NCBI GenBank assembly: GCA_964589975.1
Contig: CAZPVH010000001.1
Coordinates: 23,214-87,213 of the forward strand
Length of the DNA: 64,000 nt
Direction of reading: 5' to 3'
Source of the DNA: an uncultured Candidatus Saccharibacteria bacterium
GTDB lineage: Bacteria > Patescibacteriota > Minisyncoccia > Phycocordibacterales > CSBR16-119
The notes under the pieces are model-generated. The model was given only the letters and a program-made list of their open reading frames with translations. It made no database searches and was not told where the DNA came from. A program made the position numbers and the translations under genes. Positions 54,879-63,227 of the stretch are shown here, one piece after another (position 1 is the first letter of the stretch; each line of letters starts with the position of its first letter).

Positions 54879-55973
54879 ATGCAAATTGGAATCGTGGGTT
54901 TACCAAATGTCGGGAAGAGCACTCTTTTCAACGCACTTACAAAAAAGGGCGTTTTGGCGGCAAATTACCCGTTTGCGACCATCGATCCGTCTGTCGGTAT
55001 TGTGCCGGTTCCGGATGAAAGGCTCGAGAAGCTTTCAGCTTTTTCTGAATCCAAGAAGACCATTCCAGCCGTGATCGAATTCGTCGACATTGCCGGACTC
55101 GTCGAAGGCGCGTCGAAGGGCGAAGGTCTCGGGAACAAATTCCTAACCCACATTCGTGAAGTGGACGCAATATTACAGATGGTGCGAATTTTTCCACTTG
55201 AAACTTCCGGAACCGAAATTATTCACGTGTATGGCAACATTGATCCACTTCGAGATATTAAAGTTATAAACATGGAGCTAATCCTCGCCGATCTCGAGTC
55301 TGTCGATAAAAGAATTGGAAATATCTCGCGTGATGCGAAGCGTGGTGAAAAAACAGCTGTTGCCGAAGATGCTGTGCTTCAGAAAGTAAAAAAAGTTCTC
55401 GAAGAAGAAAAGATGGCGAACACTCTCGAGCTAACTGAAGCCGAAGAGAAAATTTTGAAGAGCATGAATCTCCTGACATCAAAGAAAATGATTTTTGGAC
55501 TCAATAAAAAGTCAGGCGTGCAAAATCTCGACGCCACAGATCCAGCAAAATTCGCTGAGCTTACGAAACATATCGAAGACTCAGGCTATGAATATGTCTT
55601 GATTGACGCAAAGACCGAAGATGAGCTTCGCGACATGACAGTCGATGAGAAAAAAGAATTTCGTGAGGGAAGTGATGACGGAATAAATGAACTCATTTTG
55701 AAAAGCTATAAACTCCTAGGGCTTATGACATATCTTACGACCGGCCCCGAAGAATCTCGAGCTTGGACAGTGAAAATTGGTTCAACTGCACCACAAGCTG
55801 GCGCTGCAATTCACACAGACTTCCTGACGAAATTCATTCGCGCGCAGGTGATAAATTGGCAGGATTTACTCGATGCCGGTTCGATTGGAAACGCTCGAAG
55901 CAAAGGACTCCTTCGGACAGAAGGCAAGGAATATGTCGTCAAAGATGGGGATGTGATCGAGTTCATGGTGTAA
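54879..55973 (+). CDS. ychF: Redox-regulated ATPase YchF
   Basis: GIVGLPNVGKSTLFNALT, ANYPFATIDP, DIAGLV.GAS.GEGLGNKFL, EGKEYVVKDGD. Confidence 0.98.
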   Translation: MQIGIVGLPNVGKSTLFNALTKKGVLAANYPFATIDPSVGIVPVPDERLEKLSAFSESKKTIPAVIEFVDIAGLVEGASKGEGLGNKFLTHIREVDAILQMVRIFPLETSGTEIIHVYGNIDPLRDIKVINMELILADLESVDKRIGNISRDAKRGEKTAVAEDAVLQKVKKVLEEEKMANTLELTEAEEKILKSMNLLTSKKMIFGLNKKSGVQNLDATDPAKFAELTKHIEDSGYEYVLIDAKTEDELRDMTVDEKKEFREGSDDGINELILKSYKLLGLMTYLTTGPEESRAWTVKIGSTAPQAGAAIHTDFLTKFIRAQVINWQDLLDAGSIGNARSKGLLRTEGKEYVVKDGDVIEFMV

Positions 55974-56026
55974 ATATTTAATTGAAAAGCCCCCGACACG
56001 TGTCGGGGGCTTTGGCTTACAGCTTG

Positions 56027-56419
56027 TCATATGGTCGACTCGTTATCTGCGTCAGCAGGTCTGGCAATCAGCTTCTTGCCGGGTGTGATCGAAGTCGAGT
56101 AACCCTGCTCGGACTTGTACATCTGGATGGGGTCGTCTACAACGAAGAGGCTGATCTCGGTACCGACCGGAAGAGGATCTCCTTCGAAGAAGATCGGACC
56201 AACCTTGTCCATGAAGTCGTCGTAGTAATAGGCTTGGCTGGGCCAGCCACCGATCGCCATATAGAAGTTCGTATCGAGCGGATTCTTCTTCAGCGTGTAT
56301 GTTTTTTCGCTGAAGTAAGGCTTCATGGTCGAAGTTTTGGACTCCATGACCGAAACGGACTCATGACTTCCGCAGCTTGCGAGGAGTGCTATGCATGCAG
56401 TGAAAAGGACTGTTCTCAT
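56027..56419 (-). CDS. Putative lipoprotein
   Basis: MRTVLFTACIALLAS|C lipobox; own promoter; terminator at 55986-56013. Confidence 0.75.
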   Translation of the reverse strand: MRTVLFTACIALLASCGSHESVSVMESKTSTMKPYFSEKTYTLKKNPLDTNFYMAIGGWPSQAYYYDDFMDKVGPIFFEGDPLPVGTEISLFVVDDPIQMYKSEQGYSTSITPGKKLIARPADADNESTI

Positions 56420-56512
56420 GTGTGTTTGTTTTGCCCTCTATTTTGCATATCAAAACTCATTTGTCAAAGAAAAGACCCCCAGCCATGCCGGGGGTCTTCT
56501 AAAGTTCTGTGG

Positions 56513-57052
56513 CTACTTCTCCCGCTCAACGAGCTGGATGGTGTATGTGTCCTTGTCATGCATCGGATCATAGAGGAATCTGTGCCCCTCGAGTCCCGTC
56601 ATGTTCGTCATGAGACGCGTTCGGTTCATCGCCGGCGACTTTGTCCCGTCTTTGTCCGAGATGAAGGCCATGTCGCACATCGAGCAGTAATGGAACGTTG
56701 AGTCTGGCGCAATGGCGAAGCCGAGCGTATCCGAAGTCTGGGCATCCGGATCCTTGAAGTAGAGGTCGTAATCATAAACGCCTTTGCTCACGAATTTCGG
56801 TCGCGCGAAGATCTGGCAGCGGAAAGGGAAGCAGGCGTAGAGCGTGTCCCCAGTTTGCGGATCGCGGAGTCCGAAGAAGTTCGGATGTCCGGCGCTCTGC
56901 TTTTTCAGCCTAAGTTCCTTCCAGCCGTTCGTGGTGTCTGCGCCGAGCGTCTGGGGCTTCGGCAGGTCCGGGTTGGTTTGAGCGTTTGCCACAAGAGGGA
57001 AAAGAGAGGCGAGCCCAACGACGAGAGCGATTTCTGCTAACAGGTTTTTCAT
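56513..57052 (-). CDS. Secreted hypothetical protein
   Basis: Signal peptide ANA|Q; TTGACA-16-TATAAT at 57071-57098; hairpin at 56470-56499. Confidence 0.75.
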   Translation of the reverse strand: MKNLLAEIALVVGLASLFPLVANAQTNPDLPKPQTLGADTTNGWKELRLKKQSAGHPNFFGLRDPQTGDTLYACFPFRCQIFARPKFVSKGVYDYDLYFKDPDAQTSDTLGFAIAPDSTFHYCSMCDMAFISDKDGTKSPAMNRTRLMTNMTGLEGHRFLYDPMHDKDTYTIQLVEREK

Positions 57053-57146
57053 GTGAACTGGTTTACTCTGATTATACGTATGAAAGTCTTTTTGTCAAAT
57101 ATAAAAGGCCCCCGCGAAGCGGGGGCCCATAGTACTTGAGTAGAAC

Positions 57147-57293
57147 TTATTGATCACCCAACCTGAGACCGATCATTGCGAGAACATATATTGCGATGTT
57201 CCGCAGATTCTTCAGGCCATACTTCCTGACTCGTTTCCAATCCCAATCAAGTATCGGGACCGGCTGCCAGACTTGCCTCCTTCTCACGGCCAT
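57147..57293 (-). CDS. 48-aa hypothetical peptide
   Basis: Hand translation MAVRRRQVWQPVPILDWDWKRVRKYGLKNLRNIAIYVLAMIGLRLGDQ*; hairpin at 57103-57128. Confidence 0.5.
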   Translation of the reverse strand: MAVRRRQVWQPVPILDWDWKRVRKYGLKNLRNIAIYVLAMIGLRLGDQ

Positions 57294-57323
57294 ATCCGAC
57301 GAGTGTTTGGTGTTCTGGTCAGA

Positions 57324-57731
57324 TCAGAGTTCGTCCGGCTTCTTCGACTTCATGCGGACGTTGTCTTGGCCGCTTTGATCTTCGAAGATGAGGCTCTCGT
57401 CTCCGTAGGGGAGCGCTTGGCAGTCGCGCGCTTCGCGTTCCGCCTCTTCGCATACCTCGGGCGAATCGCTCCATGTGTCGAGCTCCTTGTCGCCATCGGT
57501 GTCGACGGCATAGGTGAATGCGGGGCGTTCTTCGACGACTCCATTCTCAAAGCGGATGGTGTCGATCCAATGCACGTATTCCTGACCGGTCTGGTTGAAG
57601 AGATAGGTCGGAGCGCATGCCGTCTGATGACGGTGCTCGATGGTGATGTCGCCTTGGGCTTTGCTGCTCAAGAGCGCTGCGGCCAGGGCGGTAACGCACA
57701 GGGCGCGAAGCATGATGCTGTTGGTTTTCAT
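57324..57731 (-). CDS. Secreted acidic hypothetical protein
   Basis: Signal peptide SKA|Q; DTDGDKELD loop; TTGACA-16-TATAAT at 57753-57780. Confidence 0.75.
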   Translation of the reverse strand: MKTNSIMLRALCVTALAAALLSSKAQGDITIEHRHQTACAPTYLFNQTGQEYVHWIDTIRFENGVVEERPAFTYAVDTDGDKELDTWSDSPEVCEEAEREARDCQALPYGDESLIFEDQSGQDNVRMKSKKPDEL

Positions 57732-57912
57732 TGTCCTAATGGTTTTGCTCGTATTATAGCATATATACGTTATTTGTCAAGGATAAGAATGGTTGAAAAT
57801 TCCTTTATCCGCAAACCTATTTTTTGTTGGTTCTATGAACATGCGCCATCGGCGCGATCAAAAATAGGTGTGCGGGCTTTGAGAAAAAGCCTATTTTTGG
57901 TAAAATCCTGCC

Positions 57913-58536
57913 ATGGTTATCCAACATTTTGGCAAGCAGTTTTTTAAGATTTCCCAGGGAGATTTTACCGTAGCTGTAAATCCGGTTTCAAAGGATTCCG
58001 GAGATTTCAATAAGGCTAAATTCGGTTCCAATGCCGTGCTCATTACCACAAATCATCCTGACTACAATGGCATCGATAACGCGACTTTTGGTGAGAATTC
58101 GCCGTTCGTGATTGACGGTCCCGGCGAATATGAAGTCGGCGACATGTACGTTCAGGGATTTGAATCTAAAGCCGAGATCGACAAGAAAGAATATATAAAT
58201 TCAATTTATCTCATCACCCTCGAAGAGATCAAAATTGTTTTCATCGGCGCGCTCACAAGTCGCGACTCTATTCCAAAGAGCTTCGTCGAAGCTGTTGATG
58301 AGCCGGATCTCTTCTTTGTGCCCATCGGTGGAAAGTCGACGATCGACGCTGAAACCGCGCACAAGCTCGCAAACTCTTTCAATGCAAAGGTTGTTGTGCC
58401 GATGGATTATGATGCCGCATCGCTCAAGTCTTTCCTCAAAGAATCCGGAGCCGAAGGCGTGAAGCCGGTCGACAAGCTGACGATCAAGAAAAAAGATTTT
58501 CTTGGCAAAGCAGGAGAGGTTGTTATTTTAGAATAA
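57913..58536 (+). CDS. MBL-fold (Lactamase_B_3-like) protein with degenerate metal motif
   Basis: ITTNHPDYN (expected H.H.DH), IDGPGEYEV, VPIGG, VVPMDY. Confidence 0.8.
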   Translation: MVIQHFGKQFFKISQGDFTVAVNPVSKDSGDFNKAKFGSNAVLITTNHPDYNGIDNATFGENSPFVIDGPGEYEVGDMYVQGFESKAEIDKKEYINSIYLITLEEIKIVFIGALTSRDSIPKSFVEAVDEPDLFFVPIGGKSTIDAETAHKLANSFNAKVVVPMDYDAASLKSFLKESGAEGVKPVDKLTIKKKDFLGKAGEVVILE

Positions 58537-58540
58537 GCGT

Positions 58541-58819
58541 ATGGGGCTTCTCGAAGATGCTAGATCAAAGTCGGCGTCAGAAAAGAATAAGATTGCGCTC
58601 ATCACTGCGGCGGTCCTGACGGCGCTAATCGTTGGGATCTGGTACTTGGCTCTCAGGGATGTGCCCGAAGACACAGCGGTCAAAGAAAATTCGACCGCAG
58701 AGAGTCTTAAGCCGCTCTTTTTAATCTTCAAGGGGGCAAAAGAAGAGATGACCGAGATAAGGAAAGATGTGAAGAATTATAAAGAAGAGTCCAAAGAAAA
58801 GAAGCCACTAACCGAATAA
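58541..58819 (+). CDS. Single-TM hypothetical protein
   Basis: One TM helix; co-oriented upstream of gyrA. Confidence 0.7.
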   Translation: MGLLEDARSKSASEKNKIALITAAVLTALIVGIWYLALRDVPEDTAVKENSTAESLKPLFLIFKGAKEEMTEIRKDVKNYKEESKEKKPLTE

Positions 58820-58824
58820 AATAT

Positions 58825-61290
58825 ATGGCAAAAGAAAAAGAAAAAATAATCGAAAGTGTCGGAGGAAGCGACAAGATCATCGGGGCAAATATCGTTTCCG
58901 AGATGAAAGACTCGTACCTGGCGTACGCCATGTCGGTTATCACTAGCCGAGCTCTTCCTGACGTTCGCGACGGCCTAAAGCCGGTGCATCGCCGTATTCT
59001 TTATACTATGCACAAGATGGGCATTACCTCACAGGCTAAATTCGTGAAGTCCGCCAGAATCGTCGGAGAAGTTCTCGGTAAATATCACCCGCATGGAGAC
59101 TCTTCTGTTTATGACGCCATGGTTAACACTGCTCAAGAATTTTCTTTCCGCTATCCTTTGGTCCTTGGTCAAGGAAACTTTGGCTCGATCGACGGCGACT
59201 CAGCCGCGGCCATGCGATATACCGAGGCCAAAATGTCAAAAATTTCTTCTGAGCTTCTTGCTGATATAGAGAAAAACACTGTCGACTTCCGTCCAAATTA
59301 TGATGATACCTTGAAAGAGCCGACCGTGCTCCCATCTGCCGTTCCGGCGCTACTTTTGAATGGAACTCTTGGAATTGCCGTCGGTATGGCAACAAACATT
59401 CCTCCGCACAATCTACGCGAAGTCGTCGACGCAACGATCCATCTCATCGATAATCCGAAAGCAACAACAGAAGAACTGACAGAGTTTATCCAGGCCCCAG
59501 ATTTTCCAACTGGCGGAATTGTGTATAACAAAAAAGATCTTTTGACCGCCTATTCCACAGGTCGTGGTGGTGTTGTTACGCGCGGAGAAGCGGAAATAGT
59601 AGAGACGAAGCTTGGTCAGTCTCAGATCATCATCAAGTCACTGCCATTTCGTGTCGTGAAGTCGAATCTGGTTGAGCAGATTGCTGATTTGGTTCGAGAG
59701 AAAAAAATCATCGGTCTCAAGGACCTGAGAGACGAGTCAACAGACGACACTCGTGTCGTTATTGAGCTCAAGAGTTCGGCGCATCCGCAGAAAATATTGA
59801 ACTACCTCTACAAGCATACTCAGCTAGAGCAGAATTTTAACTTCAACATGGTCGCTCTTGTCGACGGCGTACCACAAACTCTTGCTCTAAAAGATTTCCT
59901 TTCAGAATTTATCGGTCACCGCGAGATTGTTGTTAGGCGCCGAACGCAGTTTGACCTCGACAAGGCTTTGGCCCGCGAGCACATCTTGCTTGGTCTCAAA
60001 ATTGCCCTTGATCATATTGATGAAATCATCAAGGTTATCCGCGCATCAAAGGATGTTGCTGAAGCGAAAGTAAACCTCATGAAGAAGTGGAAATTCTCTG
60101 ATCTCCAAGCGCAGGCAATCCTTGAAATGCGCCTCCAAAAGCTTGCCGGACTCGAGAGAAAGGCTATCGAAGAAGAGCTCAAAGAGAAGCAGGCTTTGAT
60201 TGCGCATCTCCGAGATCTCCTTTCCAGCGCGAAAAAGATCCTGAAGGTCATCAGTAATGAACTCAAAGAAATTCGAGAGAAGCACGGTGATGATCGTCGA
60301 ACTAAATTCGTGAAAGGCGGCGTCCGCGAAATTTCTGAAGAAGATCTGATTCCTGAGTCGGAATCAGTCCTCGTGTTTACGGCCGGAGGTTACGTCAAGC
60401 GAACTGATCCGAATGAATACCGCGCCCAAAAGCGTGGCGGTGTTGGAGTCGTTGATCTCGAGACCAAAGAAGAAGACGTGGTGACGCACCTTCTCACGAC
60501 TTCGACTCATAGCGACCTCTTGTTCTTCACCAATCGCGGCAAGGCATATCAGCTAAAGATGTACGACATACCTGAAGGTCGCCGCGCAACCAAGGGCAAG
60601 TCTGTTATGAACTTCCTTCAGCTCTCGGCTGATGAGAAAGTGACGTCCATCGTTCCGATGGAGAAAGATATGAAGGCCAATAGTCCGTTTCTTCTATTAG
60701 TTACCAGGAAGGGTGTGGCGAAAAAGATGGAAGCCGAATCATTCAAGGATGTCCGCCGTTCCGGGCTTATCGCTATCAAGCTAGACGACGGCGACGAGCT
60801 TCTTTCTGCGAATTTCCTCGACAAATCTGATGAGATTATCATGGCGACCAAGATGGGCCAATCAATCCGCTTCAAAGAAGCAGATGTTCGCGCCATGGGC
60901 CGCGCGGCTGGCGGCGTCAGAGGCATCAAGCTTGTGAAAGCGAGCGATAATGTAGTCGGCGTGTCTGTCGTCAATAAAAAAATGACCGATGCGTCATTCT
61001 TGGTCATTTCTGAAAATGGTCTTGGTAAAAGGAGCGAAATGGATGAATACAAAACTCAGGGCCGAGGCGGTTCAGGAATTAAAACTTTCAAGATCACGCC
61101 AAAGACCGGGAATGTTGTGGCAGCCGGCGTAGTGACGCCGGAGATGACAGAACTCATTGCCATGTCGAAGAAAGGCCAAGTCATCCGTGTTTCAATATCT
61201 GATGTGCCGGTCCAGTCTCGTTCGACTCAGGGCGTAAAGATCATGCGTCCGCGCGAAGGCGACACCCTGGCTTCGATTACATTCTTATAA
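58825..61290 (+). CDS. gyrA: DNA gyrase subunit A
   Basis: [33 protein letters not shown], GyrA-box QKRGGVG, C-terminal pinwheel repeats. Confidence 0.99.
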   Translation: MAKEKEKIIESVGGSDKIIGANIVSEMKDSYLAYAMSVITSRALPDVRDGLKPVHRRILYTMHKMGITSQAKFVKSARIVGEVLGKYHPHGDSSVYDAMVNTAQEFSFRYPLVLGQGNFGSIDGDSAAAMRYTEAKMSKISSELLADIEKNTVDFRPNYDDTLKEPTVLPSAVPALLLNGTLGIAVGMATNIPPHNLREVVDATIHLIDNPKATTEELTEFIQAPDFPTGGIVYNKKDLLTAYSTGRGGVVTRGEAEIVETKLGQSQIIIKSLPFRVVKSNLVEQIADLVREKKIIGLKDLRDESTDDTRVVIELKSSAHPQKILNYLYKHTQLEQNFNFNMVALVDGVPQTLALKDFLSEFIGHREIVVRRRTQFDLDKALAREHILLGLKIALDHIDEIIKVIRASKDVAEAKVNLMKKWKFSDLQAQAILEMRLQKLAGLERKAIEEELKEKQALIAHLRDLLSSAKKILKVISNELKEIREKHGDDRRTKFVKGGVREISEEDLIPESESVLVFTAGGYVKRTDPNEYRAQKRGGVGVVDLETKEEDVVTHLLTTSTHSDLLFFTNRGKAYQLKMYDIPEGRRATKGKSVMNFLQLSADEKVTSIVPMEKDMKANSPFLLLVTRKGVAKKMEAESFKDVRRSGLIAIKLDDGDELLSANFLDKSDEIIMATKMGQSIRFKEADVRAMGRAAGGVRGIKLVKASDNVVGVSVVNKKMTDASFLVISENGLGKRSEMDEYKTQGRGGSGIKTFKITPKTGNVVAAGVVTPEMTELIAMSKKGQVIRVSISDVPVQSRSTQGVKIMRPREGDTLASITFL

Positions 61291-61330
61291 AATAAAACAG
61301 AAAGCCCCGATACTTCGGGGCTTTCTCGTA

Positions 61331-61477
61331 TTACGCGGAGGCGCCTGGCCTTGGCGCGCCAAAGATCATGATAGCGATAACACCAATTCCCGTAACCGCC
61401 AGGGAAAAGAGTCGTCCGACTATCAGCAAGATGATCGTCACTTGGATCGCTTCCAAAACCGGTTCGGGAATGTTCAT
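61331..61477 (-). CDS. 48-aa hydrophobic peptide
   Basis: Hand translation MNIPEPVLEAIQVTIILLIVGRLFSLAVTGIGVIAIMIFGAPRPGASA*; shares terminator 61301-61325 with gyrA. Confidence 0.55.
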   Translation of the reverse strand: MNIPEPVLEAIQVTIILLIVGRLFSLAVTGIGVIAIMIFGAPRPGASA

Positions 61478-61515
61478 GGTTGCAGGTTCTGGCAAGAATA
61501 GTAACATGTTTCAAT

Positions 61516-62778
61516 ATGGAGCGTAAGAGTATAAGCAATTTGCCGGGCGGTCCGGGCGTGTATCTTTTCAAGAAGGGCGCCAAGATCCTATACATCGGCA
61601 GAGCCACTAGTCTAAAAAGCCGCGTTGCGAGCTATTTTCGAAATGACTTGTTGGAGACTCGCGGCACGCGGCTTGTCGATATGGTCACGCTTTCCGAGAA
61701 AGTTGATTTCTTTGAAACCGATTCGGTTTTGGAGGCCATTATTCTGGAGGCGAACCTTATAAAGAAGCATCAGCCGCATTACAATACGCTGGAGAAAGAC
61801 GACAAGAGCTTTAACTATGTTGTCGTGACCAAAGAAGAGTTCCCGAAAGTGATTGTCATTCGCGAACGAGAACTCGAGAACGCACTGGCTGGAGTAGATT
61901 CTTTTGGCCTACCAGCCCATGCTCTCAAGGCCAAAGCTATCTTCGGCCCGTTTCCGCAAGGCGGTACTATCCGGGAAGGCTTACGTATCATTCGAAAGAT
62001 TTTTCCATTCCACGATGACAGCTCGTACAAGAAAGACCAGGTGGAATTTTACAGGCAGATCGGCCTGACGCCGGACTTGTCTCAAGAAACTGTCAGACAG
62101 AATTACAAGAAAAATATCCGAAATATTATTCTGTTTTTCCAAGGCAAAAAAGAGCGAGTCATAAAGAATCTAGAAAAAGATATGAAATACTTTGCGAATC
62201 GCAAGGAGTTCGAGATGGCCGGTCTGATGCGAAATCGGATCTTTGCTCTGAAGCACATTCACGACGTTTCGCTAATCAAAAGGGAGGAACTTATGTCTAA
62301 AGCCGGGAGTTTTCGGATTGAGGCCTATGACGTCTCGCATATCTCCGGCACAAGCATGGCGGGTGTCATGACGGTGGTGGTAGACGGCCGGCCGGACAAG
62401 AATGAGTATAGGAAATTCCGCATTCGCGGGTTCGACAGCTCAAACGATGTCGGCGCGCTTGAGGAAATGATGAAGCGACGGCTCGGACACCCCGAGTGGT
62501 TGTTTCCGAACCTGGTTGTCGTCGATGGCTCGACAGCGCAAAAGCGCCGCGTTGAAACTTTGTTCAATCAGCTCGGCGTCCAGATTCCGGTTGTGGCCCT
62601 GGTAAAGAATGAAAGACATAAACCGAAAGCAATACTCGGCCCAAAAGAGCTGTCGACTAAATACGAAAAAGAAATAGTTTTAGCCAACGCGGAGGCGCAC
62701 CGGTTCAGTGTGGCTTATCACCAGTACCTTCGCGGTAAAATGTCAGGAATACCCCGGGCTAAGAAAAAATTATTTTAA
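61516..62778 (+). CDS. uvrC: Excinuclease ABC subunit C (short form)
   Basis: PGVYLF...LYIG.A..L..RV.SYF, UVR domain FE.A...RN, RIEAYDVSH..G, VVDG; no C-terminal HhH. Confidence 0.9.
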   Translation: MERKSISNLPGGPGVYLFKKGAKILYIGRATSLKSRVASYFRNDLLETRGTRLVDMVTLSEKVDFFETDSVLEAIILEANLIKKHQPHYNTLEKDDKSFNYVVVTKEEFPKVIVIRERELENALAGVDSFGLPAHALKAKAIFGPFPQGGTIREGLRIIRKIFPFHDDSSYKKDQVEFYRQIGLTPDLSQETVRQNYKKNIRNIILFFQGKKERVIKNLEKDMKYFANRKEFEMAGLMRNRIFALKHIHDVSLIKREELMSKAGSFRIEAYDVSHISGTSMAGVMTVVVDGRPDKNEYRKFRIRGFDSSNDVGALEEMMKRRLGHPEWLFPNLVVVDGSTAQKRRVETLFNQLGVQIPVVALVKNERHKPKAILGPKELSTKYEKEIVLANAEAHRFSVAYHQYLRGKMSGIPRAKKKLF

Positions 62779-62820
62779 AAAGAAAAGGGCCCGCTTGCGC
62801 GGACCCTCATTACCGGAAAG

Positions 62821-63096
62821 TCAGTTTGAAACCCGGTACTTTCTCTTCCTCATTCTGAGCAAGACCACGAGGAATGCGAGCATTCCTGTTGCCCAGAGCA
62901 CTTGGCCCATACTCAGAAATGGGGAAACGTTTTTCGTCACCCGACCAATGGCTCCCCAGCCATCATCGGATCCGATCGCCAACACCACAGCACCTGCGCT
63001 ATCCGGCCAGACCATTGCTAGTGTGCAGAGTATTCCTGTCCCCAGGGCTACTTTGCTGACCAGTCCGCGCTTGTCCAACGACACTCTCTTTCTCAT
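62821..63096 (-). CDS. Two-TM hypothetical protein
   Basis: Hydrophobic ORF with TTGACA-16-TACAAT promoter. Confidence 0.55.
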   Translation of the reverse strand: MRKRVSLDKRGLVSKVALGTGILCTLAMVWPDSAGAVVLAIGSDDGWGAIGRVTKNVSPFLSMGQVLWATGMLAFLVVLLRMRKRKYRVSN

Positions 63097-63227
63097 CACT
63101 ACTACTTTTTTGGGTTTTATTTGACTTTCCTTCGAAAAGAACGACTTACATTGTAATCAAAATTATATTTTTGTCAAAATCTGTGAAATGTTGAAAACCG
63201 CGCGGGCGCCGGTGGTAAAATGCATTC

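Noticed and set aside
3799-62810. The many AAAGCCC..GGGCTTT hairpins as attC sites or a REP family
   Set aside because: No RYYYAAC/GTTRRRY ends and no integrase; loops differ; positions at gene 3' ends fit bidirectional intrinsic terminators
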